Shown here in pieces: positions 29,048 to 41,600 of a stretch of 64,000 nucleotides of DNA (positions within the stretch are counted from its first letter, which is position 1; each line of letters starts with the position of its first letter). A model generated the notes under the pieces. It worked only from the letters and a program-made list of their open reading frames with translations, searched no databases and had not been told where the DNA came from. This DNA is from a virus: the IMG/VR virus record IMGVR_UViG_3300020048_000068, positions 1 to 64,000 of that record; one strand, written 5' to 3'. A program made the position numbers and the translations under genes.

Positions 29048-32000
29048 TTAAGGAAACCTTCTTATTGCCATTTCATTAGCTGCTTTCTTTGACATACCAC
29101 CTCTTTCTAATTTACCTACATATTCAGCTCTTTGTTTACTTCTTTCACGTTTCTTTTTCATTACCTCTGGTGTCATAATGTTTTCTAATTCCTTAGTAAG
29201 GAGTGATTTATTAGGAAAAAACTCTCTATCTAATTGATTTCCAATATTGAAAGGTACTGGTAAAAATCTTTTAAGATCTTTTGCTAATTTAGATTTACCT
29301 CTATATTGACCAGCAATATAAGTATCATTTCCTTTAACGAAATCACCAACATCTTGAACAACTTTATATACATCACTAAATAAAGTTAATACTGGACCTT
29401 TTGAAAAAATCATATCCCAAAAAGCCAGTGGATTAGTATATACTTGAGTTTCGTTAGATATAGAAGTAAGTCTATTCATTAATAGATTATAAGCCATTCT
29501 TCTCTTCTTATCTTTCTCTTTATCCCAATCCCAAAATAAACCTTTGATTAATAATGCAAGTGTAAGTATATACAACTGCATTGTTATATTACTCATTATT
29601 TCATTTAAGTTACGAATATCAAGTTGACTTAGTTGAGGATCACTACCATGATAGAGTTCATTAGCTGTCTGTTTAATTACTTCTTTACCCATTATCTTAT
29701 TAATAGGAGAACCAAAAAACTTTTGTGCAATTACTTTACCATGTAATGTTAATTCTTCTAAAGCATTAAGATTAGTATTAACATCACCTTTTAATGCTGT
29801 AATTAAGTAACCACCGACTCCTAAGAATGTTCCTCCCATTACACCACCATAAGCAGCACCTACACTAAATCCCTGTAATGCTGCTGATACAGGTGTATTA
29901 GAACGCATAATACCTTTTTCTGTAATACCAGCTTGAATATTAACGTGTTCTCCACCCCAATATCTATACATAGTTTCAGGCAACCAACTCATGAATAATC
30001 CACCAGCACTACCTGTTACATTACTTCTATAAGCTACGTTACTTAATGGATCATAATCACCATACTTTTTAGCGTAAGCAACATATTTGTTTTTGAAAAC
30101 TTTAAAATCTTCTCCATTAGTTTTTTCCCAATTATTTACGTTTTCTTCTGTTCTAAATTGAGGTAATAACATTCCTGTTTTAACATCAAAAGCATGAAGA
30201 AGAGATGATTCGTTTCCCTTCTCATCTTTGATTTTAATATCATTAATAAATGCACCCATGGCAGGAGTTTGAATACCATTTTCAGTTATCCCTCTAAGAC
30301 CAAAAGGTTTTATAAATTTACCTAACTTAGTTACCGAAAAATCAACTTTGTTACCAATTTTCTGAAATTCATTAGTAGCATCCTGAAGTACATCAAATCT
30401 TGTCATTAAAATATTAAGTAATTTTCTATGTTTACTACTAAAGTCATATAGTTTTTCAACTTCAATGTAAGATTTATAACTAAAATAACCACCTGATTCT
30501 GCTACTTGCCAGTTTATAGCTCTACCTTGTATAAAGTTATTTACTTCACTATTAGGATTAAAACCTAATGATTTAAATCTAATTGCTTTTGTTATAAATA
30601 AAATTGTCTGACTCCAAGCAAACGATTTACCTATTTTTTCTCTTATTATGATTAAACTTTCTTTAATATCACCGGGAAGATTTGGATCTTTAAGTTGTTC
30701 ATCAATCTCTTTAAGTAACTTTTTATCTTCAGCAGTATAAACATTTTTATCTTTACTTACACCGAAGTCTTTAGTACCGTAATTACTCATAACAGACTTA
30801 TCTATCCATTCTCCAAAAGCTTTAATGGCATTAACTCTTTCTTCACCTTTTAATCCTTTGATCTCCTTGTGCATGTATTCCAAATACTTGATTCTTGGTG
30901 CTATTTCTGATCTAGCATTAGTTTCAGCAGTTAATCTTGAGAAGAAAAGAAGTGTTTTAGGTAAATTAAATGACTTCTGTTCAAATACATTATTAATAGC
31001 ATACATCTTTAATATTTTACCAATAGGAATACGTTTTGTATCTGCATCTAATTTTAAAGTTCTTTTTACATCTTCGATATTAGGAGTACAATTAATTAGA
31101 TTAGAAAGTTGAATTAATACTAATCCTGTAATAAAAGATTGATCTATACTTGTTTTATCATCTATTTCTTTATTTCCCTGAGTAAAATATTCTTTTCTAA
31201 GATTACCTTGTAATTTTAATGCTTCAATGTTAAATATTACATCTATTTCATTTTTACCTTCATTAAGAAAATTCTTATTAATGTCATAATCAGTTAATCC
31301 TTTTTTACCACCTAATGATGACACAGGTTTACCATTAATATCAGTAAACGTACTAATACTATCGAGAAAACTACCTGTTATCTTATTCTTTATTTGCCAA
31401 AAACCATTATTAATAGCTGTCTCCATAAGATTATGCTGGTGCATAGGTAAACAATTTTTAATAACATTATTAAATTCATCTTCAGACCTAGTATTTCGCA
31501 TATATTCAACAATATTCTTTGCTGTCTGTACAAAAGAATAAAATATCTCTTCTTTCTCTACAAAATCAAAGTTAGAATCATAGTAATTAGTATCTTTTCC
31601 TTTTAAATTTTGTTTCTTAGGTATAAGAATATTATGATCAAATTGACTATATATTTTTGATTTAAAGTCAGGATCATAATTATTAATACCGTATTTAGGA
31701 GAATGTTGATAATCCCAGTACAACAAAGCATCTTTTCCTTCGTTACTAATGTCTTTATAATCAACAATTCCCTCTTGGTGCATAATATTCAACTTTGCTG
31801 CTGAATATCTTTCTCTATACTTATCCAATAATTCTATTTGTTTCTCTATAATTTCATTATAATGTTTTTCACTTATTCCTAAGTCTTTATGAGTAACTAA
31901 TTCACTTTCTTTAAGAGGAATCAGTATCTTAAGTAGATTATCATTTTCAATATGTTTTCGTATTTCTGCTGATTTATATATGTCAAATATATTCGTATTA

Positions 32001-35000
32001 TTTTTATACCAATTTAATAAATCTTGATTCGCTTTTTCTAATTCTGAATAGTTTTTTAATTTATAAATTTGATTTATTGTTTCTTTGTGAGCTTCCAATT
32101 TTGTTTCTAAAGCATCATCATAAATAGAAGAATATCTACTAATCAATCTATCATTAAATCCACCTAATATATTACGTTGATATAGTTTTTTATAAGAAGG
32201 TATTCCATTAAAACTTTCACCTAATTCAATTAATCTTTTTTCTAATGGATCCATGAGTTCTAATAATTTATCAGAATCAGGTGCTTGTACAGCTATATGA
32301 TCTGCAACAACATCTCTCAATAATAATTCTGCTAATTGAGGAATCATGTTTTCATCTTTAGCTGCACTTAAAAAAGTACCCATTATCTGACTACTATCTT
32401 TAGTTGGTTTTTTTAATCGTTCTTCCGTTATACCTTTTGGAAACTCTATTTTCATAGTTTGTATTTGAGGCAAATTATTAAATAAATCCATTATAATAGG
32501 AGTCATTTTACTCTTTATACTAATGATTGCAGCTTGAGATTTATTTGTGCAATCAACAATTAAATTATATAATGCTTGATCTGAATCTTTAGATATAGTT
32601 CTAATCTGTTCACTTGTAAAAACAGGATTGTTATCTATATTACCTAAATCTTTATAAAATTCAGCAATAGCTAATCCTTCGTTTAATTTATCTTCGTTAT
32701 CTGACTTAGATAACTCCATCATTCTATTTATATCTTGTTCTAAATATTCAGTAATACTAGTTTCTTTATGAATATTAATTAATTCTTGAATTTGCTGAAT
32801 AATACCTTTAATATCTTTATTACCGTGTAATTGAGTTATTATATCAGTACGAGTCTTATTTAAGTTAGCTCTTTCTTCACCAGTAAGATTAGATAAATTC
32901 AATCTTGAATCATAAGATGCTAATCTTTCTTCATAAAAACTCTTTATACTCTTTTTTTGTGCTATTAATTTAAGAGTATTAAACGATTCTGCTGGTGTAA
33001 CTTGAGCATTAGGATCAAGATTAGGATCATAAATTTCATATGGTTCTTCATCAGTTATAGGATAAGCATAAACAGGATGTAATTTCTGAGAGTTAATTTG
33101 ATTCATAACTATTTGATTGACTATATAATTACCATCTCTAACTTCAATTAATGATCCTCTTATCTGATAATTATTTATATAATCAGCATTTAACTTTCCT
33201 ATTTCCTCTATACTTTTTCCTTCTATTAATTCATCTAATAAAGAAACACTAAGTAATCCTTTATGTAAATCTTCTTTCTTGAATACATTTCTTATTTCAT
33301 CTTTATCGTTAGTAAATACTGGTATATTATTTTGTATACTTATAATAGGTTCTTCACTATCATCTAGTATAGGATTCCAATCTTTAAACTCTTTAGTCTT
33401 AGTATTTAAATACACTTGTTCAGCAATATCTTTAGTAGTATAATCTAATAATGTTTTAAATAAATAACTTGGTCTTACATCACCATTTTCAGTAACAACA
33501 TTAGGTATTAATTGATCTTCAAAAGATTTACTTGTAACATCTTTATATGTAGAAGTATTTTTTGTTCTATCAAAATTAAAATGTCTAAAACCTGTGATTT
33601 CAGCAAATTTACCATCTATTTTAGTATTAAAAGGTACATAATTTGCAAAATCTCTTATATCTTTAGGTCTACCCATTTTTAATTTAGCAACAAAGATACT
33701 TTGCCAATCTTGAAAACCTTTTTCATTCTTGTCAAGAACTTCATCTTTTACTATAAACAAATCTATAATATAATCATCTATTTTACCTGTTATGGTATAT
33801 TCACCTTTTACAACACCTTTAAATATATTGGTAATTTTATAGTTAGGATATTTCTTTTTTATCTTTTCTAAAAATGATAAATTGTTATTTTTAATTTTAT
33901 TTGATATTATCTTATTTACATTAGTAAAAATATACATAGTATCTTCATTTACTAAACTAGTAAGTAATTTACTATCATTTTCAGTAAGTACAGTTTGCAC
34001 AACTGTAAAATCTAAATCATGTAAATCTTCTTCAGACGATCTATATAAACTACCTTGTTTTCTAATTGCCAAACTACCAGTAAGTATTATTCCTAAATCT
34101 TGAAAATCATCAATTATAGTTTTAGCTTTTGGATCAACAACTATAGTTTTATTATAATTAGTTAACTGTTGTTCTGATGATAAATTTGTATTAAACTTAT
34201 TCATGTTTTGTTCAAGAACACTATTTGCTATATCATCTAGTAAGTTCTTATACTCTTGATTAGATAGATGACTATTTGAAAATAAATTTTTAATAAATCT
34301 ACTTATCTTACTAAGAATATATTTAACTTTCTTCTCTAATTTACTATTACCTTTAATAGTCCAATAATCAGCTTCTCTATTTTGATAACTATCTTTAGGT
34401 ATTTCATAATTAGATTTAATAGCATCTGCAAGAAACTCTATAACTATAAGTTCTTTAATTTTATAATCACTTAATTGAGGACTTCTTATTTTGTACTTAC
34501 TAAATATAAGATCGTAGTTATCCATACTTTCTACAGAATGGATAAGATCAGTACGTATTTTATTTTTCTTTCCTAAAAAACTATACGCTACATAAGCAGT
34601 TTCTTTTAACAAACCTTCTTCCTTAGAATTATTTTTTACAAGTATTGCTTTGTATATAAGGTCGGTTAAACTAGTAGGATTGTATAAAGATGAATCTTTT
34701 AAGTCATTTTTAAATTCTGTAGTAAAATTAAGTTTGTTTAAAAATCCAACAAGTTTTTCAGACAATTCACTTTCAACACCTTGATCATTAATTTTTTCAT
34801 TAATAACTTCTTCTTTAACTTCTAATTTAGGTTCAATACCAGATTCTAACCAACTATTTTTACCTTCTAAATAGTAAGATGCTTTCTCTCTAAGGGTAGT
34901 AAGAATTAATTCTTCACCTTTATAACCTAAGTTCTTATTCTTATTAAGAATATCATTATATAGGGTACTAACCTGCCCGTTAGGTGTAAAATCTAAAGAA

Positions 35001-35107
35001 TTACCTTTATTTTTATACCACACTAATGTAGCAATATCAATATTTGTTGCTTTTTCAAGAAGTTTCCATTCTTTTACATTTTTATTCGGGCAGTATGTAG
35101 TTGACAT
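29048..35107 (-). CDS. giant virion/ejected protein with an inserted nucleotidyltransferase-like domain
   Basis: 2019 aa downstream of the vRNAP; N-terminal CPN....EWK; TGS...DLHDLDF motif. Confidence 0.7.
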   Translation of the reverse strand: MSTTYCPNKNVKEWKLLEKATNIDIATLVWYKNKGNSLDFTPNGQVSTLYNDILNKNKNLGYKGEELILTTLREKASYYLEGKNSWLESGIEPKLEVKEEVINEKINDQGVESELSEKLVGFLNKLNFTTEFKNDLKDSSLYNPTSLTDLIYKAILVKNNSKEEGLLKETAYVAYSFLGKKNKIRTDLIHSVESMDNYDLIFSKYKIRSPQLSDYKIKELIVIEFLADAIKSNYEIPKDSYQNREADYWTIKGNSKLEKKVKYILSKISRFIKNLFSNSHLSNQEYKNLLDDIANSVLEQNMNKFNTNLSSEQQLTNYNKTIVVDPKAKTIIDDFQDLGIILTGSLAIRKQGSLYRSSEEDLHDLDFTVVQTVLTENDSKLLTSLVNEDTMYIFTNVNKIISNKIKNNNLSFLEKIKKKYPNYKITNIFKGVVKGEYTITGKIDDYIIDLFIVKDEVLDKNEKGFQDWQSIFVAKLKMGRPKDIRDFANYVPFNTKIDGKFAEITGFRHFNFDRTKNTSTYKDVTSKSFEDQLIPNVVTENGDVRPSYLFKTLLDYTTKDIAEQVYLNTKTKEFKDWNPILDDSEEPIISIQNNIPVFTNDKDEIRNVFKKEDLHKGLLSVSLLDELIEGKSIEEIGKLNADYINNYQIRGSLIEVRDGNYIVNQIVMNQINSQKLHPVYAYPITDEEPYEIYDPNLDPNAQVTPAESFNTLKLIAQKKSIKSFYEERLASYDSRLNLSNLTGEERANLNKTRTDIITQLHGNKDIKGIIQQIQELINIHKETSITEYLEQDINRMMELSKSDNEDKLNEGLAIAEFYKDLGNIDNNPVFTSEQIRTISKDSDQALYNLIVDCTNKSQAAIISIKSKMTPIIMDLFNNLPQIQTMKIEFPKGITEERLKKPTKDSSQIMGTFLSAAKDENMIPQLAELLLRDVVADHIAVQAPDSDKLLELMDPLEKRLIELGESFNGIPSYKKLYQRNILGGFNDRLISRYSSIYDDALETKLEAHKETINQIYKLKNYSELEKANQDLLNWYKNNTNIFDIYKSAEIRKHIENDNLLKILIPLKESELVTHKDLGISEKHYNEIIEKQIELLDKYRERYSAAKLNIMHQEGIVDYKDISNEGKDALLYWDYQHSPKYGINNYDPDFKSKIYSQFDHNILIPKKQNLKGKDTNYYDSNFDFVEKEEIFYSFVQTAKNIVEYMRNTRSEDEFNNVIKNCLPMHQHNLMETAINNGFWQIKNKITGSFLDSISTFTDINGKPVSSLGGKKGLTDYDINKNFLNEGKNEIDVIFNIEALKLQGNLRKEYFTQGNKEIDDKTSIDQSFITGLVLIQLSNLINCTPNIEDVKRTLKLDADTKRIPIGKILKMYAINNVFEQKSFNLPKTLLFFSRLTAETNARSEIAPRIKYLEYMHKEIKGLKGEERVNAIKAFGEWIDKSVMSNYGTKDFGVSKDKNVYTAEDKKLLKEIDEQLKDPNLPGDIKESLIIIREKIGKSFAWSQTILFITKAIRFKSLGFNPNSEVNNFIQGRAINWQVAESGGYFSYKSYIEVEKLYDFSSKHRKLLNILMTRFDVLQDATNEFQKIGNKVDFSVTKLGKFIKPFGLRGITENGIQTPAMGAFINDIKIKDEKGNESSLLHAFDVKTGMLLPQFRTEENVNNWEKTNGEDFKVFKNKYVAYAKKYGDYDPLSNVAYRSNVTGSAGGLFMSWLPETMYRYWGGEHVNIQAGITEKGIMRSNTPVSAALQGFSVGAAYGGVMGGTFLGVGGYLITALKGDVNTNLNALEELTLHGKVIAQKFFGSPINKIMGKEVIKQTANELYHGSDPQLSQLDIRNLNEIMSNITMQLYILTLALLIKGLFWDWDKEKDKKRRMAYNLLMNRLTSISNETQVYTNPLAFWDMIFSKGPVLTLFSDVYKVVQDVGDFVKGNDTYIAGQYRGKSKLAKDLKRFLPVPFNIGNQLDREFFPNKSLLTKELENIMTPEVMKKKRERSKQRAEYVGKLERGGMSKKAANEMAIRRFP

Positions 35108-35119
35108 ATATTTGTTTTA

Positions 35120-35605
35120 TTAAATTGAAATTTCTTTATCAAGAAGTTGTAAAGATACTTTAGAACCATCATAAAATGTTTTAAGTAGATTACATAAGTG
35201 ATCAACTTTTTCTATTTCTTCTATTTGTTCATGCACATACCACATACCTAAATCAAATACCATGAAATTACCTGTAGTCTGACCAGCTAATGCTAATTCC
35301 TCACATTGTTTAGTAATTATAAGTTCGTGTTCATAACTCCTTTTAATGATAGAAGGTAAGTCTTTAAACTCTGTATCTACACTTTGTATAGTTCTAATAT
35401 CAGGCATAATACTAAAAGATAACAAGAAATCATAAGCCTTTTTAGCATGTACAAGTTCTTCTTCAGCATACTTTTTCCATAATGAAGAAGAATTATATCC
35501 TTCATTATCTAACCATACACTCATTGCATAATATAATCGTGAACTATATTCTTCAAAGTTAATTCTATAATTAATTAACTCTATTAATTTATCATTTGGT
35601 TTCAT
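35120..35605 (-). CDS. ftn: ferritin (non-heme, Ftn-type)
   Basis: Ferroxidase ligands EEYSS..Y, EELVH, HE..IT, EQIEE; 161 aa. Confidence 0.9.
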   Translation of the reverse strand: MKPNDKLIELINYRINFEEYSSRLYYAMSVWLDNEGYNSSSLWKKYAEEELVHAKKAYDFLLSFSIMPDIRTIQSVDTEFKDLPSIIKRSYEHELIITKQCEELALAGQTTGNFMVFDLGMWYVHEQIEEIEKVDHLCNLLKTFYDGSKVSLQLLDKEISI

Positions 35606-35611
35606 GTGATT

Positions 35612-38600
35612 TTATGAGTTTGGGTTACATATTTTATTGATTTCATCAAGTTCTTTTTGTTCAATTGGTGATAAATGTATTTCAGGTTTAGCTAATTTTA
35701 ATATAGCTATTCTATTTCCATTATTATTAGACCAATTCATCATATTACCCGTTTTAATAGAAATAATATCATTATTATCATATACACCATATTGTTGATT
35801 TGCATAAGTAATAATAGTAGCTCTCTTTTCTTTAATCGCCATATTAAATAGGATTTTATTTCTATCTATACTATTTGTTTTAAATACTTCAATACCTTTC
35901 TTATTAAATATTTGTTCACCTTTAACCGTATAAGTTTGTTGAATTTTTCCTTTAGGTGTATAAGTAATCACTCTATCAATCTGTTCTAAAGTTTTTAAAT
36001 CGTTACTAATAGGAGTAATAGGTTTAACACTAGCAACTGGTTGAGTAGGTTTAAGTTCACCTTTAACCATAGATTCAAGACCCATTGATTCACGTTTGAC
36101 ATCTATTGCTACCATTATATTTTTAATAGTATGACTAGTAATATTATTACCAGCTAATGAATTAAAGAATTTCTTTACGATATCTATGAATTTATCATAC
36201 AAATTCATTGTACTTGTATATGGTGCTTTAGCTAAATATTGTTGAATACCTTTATGTGATGATATTTCACTTATAAATTCATGTATATCACTTGCTGCAT
36301 TAGTATAATGATTATCATACACAAATTTATGGCTTTTTATTTTATTTCTATCCTTTAACTCTACTTTAGCTTTATTATATAAGACAGAAAGTTCTCTCAT
36401 ATAATCAGGTATTTTAATTCCTTCTTTTAGTTTACTATTTTCATCAAAGTATTTACTAATATCTTCAGATAATAAACCATGTACTACTTCATGTAAATAT
36501 ATTCTACTTCCTTCTTCTACATCTTTATCTACAACAGGTTTATTTAAACTAATAGTATTATTTTCAGTATCGAATTTACCTCCAACACGCACACCATCAA
36601 TTACTACTTCTCCTTTAGATTCTACTTTTATATCTTTAAGTAAAGGTAAAGCATATTGTTTTAAGAAGGCAACTACTTCTTTATTTTCATCTTCTATATT
36701 GACATCTTTAATAATACTACTCATAATAGTATCATGATTATTAGAACTAAAAGGAATTGGTTCTATATTAAGAGCGTCAGATTTAATATTTTCTACTAAA
36801 TCGTTATTAAATAAATCATTAATAGCTGGATCAAAATTGTTATTATCATTATCGTTATTGACAATACTTGAGTATATAAAATCTTCATTACTTGAGTTAT
36901 ATTCAGCAATATTTCTATTACCTAGTACCGGTATTCTATGATATACTCCATTTAAATCTGTTTTTAAATAGATAAAAAATTTATCTGGTTGTTTTTTTCC
37001 TTTATCGTCTTTAATTGATTTTAATTTAACTGAAAACATCGTTGGATAATTTTCTTTATTAGGAATATAAATAACAGGCTTACCATTAGTAACAAGAACA
37101 TTGTCAGCATTTATATATTTCTTTTTAGGAAGTGTTTCAGGATGATGTTGTTTGTATTGAATAAAAATTTTACTTTGTCTTTTTTCAGATAAACCAAATA
37201 TATTTTTTTTGTAGTTTTTATTAATAATAGCAACTTCCTCTCTAGATTTATGTAAATAAGTATCAATATTCCTAACTACTTCTGTAAACTTTAAATCTAA
37301 TAATAACACAGGTATAAATTTACCAAATTCAGTAGCTTGTTGTATACCTCCTTTCAAATAATTATACGCTAATAGATCAAATAATAAGTTATGTGTCGTA
37401 TAAGGTTTACCATTACGAGGTTCTAATAATACAGGATCAGAAGTTACTTCTTCTTTTCCATTTACTAAACTAATATTAGTTGTTAATAATGAAAGTAATG
37501 CTTTATACATACCTTTTTCACTAACACCTTCTGCTTGTTTATTATTGAATATGATTAACGAAGGTGTTCCATCTACTTTTAATTCATAATTAAAACTACG
37601 AATCAGATCATTTTTAATTACTAATTCATGAGTTGCTCTTTCTAAATAAGTAGGTAATGACTCATTATTTTTAGAATCAATAAATAAATCTCTCCTATTT
37701 TGTTCAGTAGTATTGGTACTATTATTAGTAAACAGTAATGTATTACGACTAAAAATAAACTTTTTAGTTTCTATAATCATATCCTGTTTATCTTTAACAG
37801 TTAACTCTTTATCTCCACCAATTTCTTTAAGTATATCTACTAATGTATCTGTTTGATAAGGGAATAACTTTAACCATTTATTCTTGCTTTCTTCTAATCC
37901 TGTCTCAATATAATGTTGAGGCAAATTGTTATTAGTTAATAGTATACTTGCGTTTCTTATTTTAAATATGTTAAATTTATCTTCTTTAATAACATCAATT
38001 CTCTCAAGCATATCAACAGTATCAAGTAATGATTTACCTAATCCTTTAGCGTTGATTTTAGTAGGTGATTGAATTTTTCTTTGTACTTCACCAAAAGTTT
38101 TAAGTTTTAAAAATAAATCTAAACACATTTGTTGATAGTTATTATCAACATCTGTAGATTCAATATTTCTTGCAAACTGAGCATTGGTTAAATTAATACC
38201 CTTATGTGAAACTGGTCTACGTCTTCCATCTTCGTAAAATTTTTCATTGTAAACATAATATTTATCAAGTAAGTCATTTACGACACTTTGATCTTTATCT
38301 TCTACATATTCAGAAAGATTAGATGATAATTTCATCATCATTTTTACATAATCTTTAATAATAGGTTGATTGAGTAATAAAAATGAGATACTGTTTATTT
38401 TATTTTTACCTAAATTTACCGTTTCTCCTTTATCCATATTCATATTAGCCATTATAACATCAGCGTCAAACGTATACTTATTAATATTGACATCTCCCAT
38501 TATATTAGCAGTACCGTTATCAACAGCAAAGTTCTGTCTTTCACCTAATACTTCAAGAACATTCCTACTTTGTCCTTCTTCTCTAATTTTACCTAATTTA

Positions 38601-41600
38601 CCATCAAATATTTTACCGTCAATCTCTACTTCAAATAGTTCATCACCCATAGTTAATTCTAATTGATGTTCTGGATCAGTAATAGCAATTTGTTCCATCA
38701 ATGCTTGCATAATTAAAGCATTTGAATAAACTGCTGTACCTAGCTTACCAGAAGCATTTTTTAACATTGCTTGTTTTTGGTATTCATCAGATAAAAATGT
38801 TTTAGACCAACGACTAGCTTTAGCATTAGTTTGTTTAATGGCTTTTGATTGTTCTTTAGCATCATCAATAGATAAAATTACATGAGTCATTGTTTTAACA
38901 GTATCGTGGGAAAGAATACTTCTATCTAATTCAACCATTAAGTTATTAATAACTTTCTCTTTAATATCATTTAATTCATCTTTTGTTTTACCTTCGGCAA
39001 TTTTTAATTGTTCATCAATGGTTTTAATTTCATATTTACGGTGTAAAGGAACTATTTTACCGTATTGATCTTGATATGTCCAATAATGATAAGTATTCTC
39101 TTTATCTACATCAAAATCAAGACCTTTCTGTGTAGTTTTATCTGGAGCAACTAACATTAAATCACCACATTCAAGAGGTAAGAATCCAACTATATCATCT
39201 AATGACATTGAACTATGATTAGAAGTAGGAATACGTATAGAAATTAGTTTAAGTAATTCATCACTTATTTTATCTTTATTTAATTTCCTATAAGTAGAAC
39301 CATCTTCTCTTTTTTCTTCTATACTATAGTCATCACTAGTTAAATCAATTAATTCATCATTATTATCTCTAAATTTAGATGATATAAGTACTTGATTTGT
39401 AGTTAAATGATCAATAGGTTTATCCGCCCATACTATTCTTGAAGTATGTTCAAAGTCTTTAAATTTTCTAATACCTTTATCTTTATATCCAACACTACTA
39501 CCAGCTACATAAGAGTAACCGGGCATCTTAAACTTAATAATATGTTTATTAATAATAGACTGAAGTAAAGATTCATATTTATCAGGATCAGGAGTTAACC
39601 ATATAGGTATATTAAATTCATAAGTACTATTTCCATTTTCATCAATAACTTCTTTTAAAGTAAGTGCTTCTACGTCCTGAATACCTTTATCTTTAGCTTC
39701 TTTTTTAAGAAGTTTTTCTATTTTTTCAATATTATCATACGTTTCATCAAATATTTTCTGTTTATGATTAAGTAATGTTCTTACTAACTCATTATTTATA
39801 GCTTGTATTTTTTTTCCTGAGTATGTTTTACCCTGATATTTAAATCCCTCTAATCCTGTTACTCCATTAGCAAGTTTAAGAACAGCCATCTGAGTCATAT
39901 TAGATATAGTATCTTCATCGTGTAATTCAGATTTAAAAGGAACATCTTGCTGTATTCTAAGATTACTTCTATTCAATATATGAGAATGATTAGCAATAAC
40001 TTTATCAACAATTTCATCATTAATTTCTCCTTTATCATCAAAGAAACTAACATCACCTTCATTAACGTAACCAGCAGTACCGTCTTTCTTTACCCAACTT
40101 AAAGGGTTTTTAACTGCACCTATTTTATTAGCAGATTGATATGATGCTCTTACAAACCTTTTTTCTTTCTTTTCAACAGCTTCCATAAGTCTTCTAAGAT
40201 CATCAATTTCTAAACCAACAGTTACTTGTGGTATTAGAGGAATTGATGATGACTTTATGTATATGGGTCTAAGAATACCATATTTTTTATCAAAATACAT
40301 ACCACTATATACAGGTTTCATGGGTTGTAAAACCTTTCTTAATAACAACTTATCTTTTTCTGTTAAAGATCTATTTGATTTAAATAGTTCAATAGCATCT
40401 TCTTTGTCTTTTTCAGTAAAATCTACTTCCGAATCTGGTATCTTACCATATCTTACAAGTATATTTAGATGTTCTCCTGTTGTAGTATATTCCTGAGCAT
40501 CAGTAGAATTATTATTACCATAACCTTGAGCACCAAATTCACCTAATCTTACAATAAGTTCAGTAAGTTGAGTAGATGCACTTATTATATCTGCTAAATT
40601 AATTTGTGTGTATTCATCTTTTTCAACACTATTGCTAATTTGATTACCGGGAGCAATTAAACTAGCAAGACGTTTGGTAATATTATCATAAGTAATATCA
40701 ACAGTTTCATTAATAACATGATCAGTTTCTTTATCTGTTAAATCAGCTAATACTTTACCTTGTGGAATTTTACCTTTTACGTAGAAAGCATTATCTAAAT
40801 AGTAAAGTTTACCTATTTCAGCATTAGTTAACATAGTATTAATTATATAATCATAAGCTACTAACTTACTAAGAACTACTTGATCATATTCTTTCTCTAT
40901 ATTTTCAAACTTAGTTTCTACATATTTGGTATCAAACTTATATTCACTATCTGTTGTAATACCTAATTCATTCCATATTTTTATCTTATCATTAACTAAA
41001 GAAGTAAATACCTTATTTAATACTAAATCTGTTTTAGTTTTAATTTGCTCTTGTATTTCGGGAGTTATTATTCCTTTATTTCTTAAGTACTTAATTAATC
41101 TAACATCTTCTCCATTAACACTTATAGTTAGATAATTCATTTGAGGAAATTGATAAAATACAGACCCGTCATATCCGGCAATATTGTAATCAGGTTCTTT
41201 ATTAAACTGTATAATTCTATTAAGTTCAGGAGTAATAAGTTGATCTCTTAAAATGTCTCTAAGATCATCCTTCATAGTAACCTCATTATTACTATCTATA
41301 TCAAAATTTTGTTTTGTAAGATCTAATGCTACGGTTTTAATTCCATAAGTACTAGTTTTATCTGAAAATGAAGGAGGTAATATAGACGACATTCTTAAAC
41401 CAAATCCTTTATATTTTTCAAATAATTTACCCTGAGATAAATCTTGGTGCATTCCTAAACCAAGCAATTCATGATCACCGTCTGATAAAGAAACAGTATC
41501 AGTATCTTGATAAGATTTCTTAGTTCCAAATTTGATAGCTTCTTTACTTATATCAAATATTGAAAAACTATACTTGAAATTATCTGAAGTTTCTAATAAT

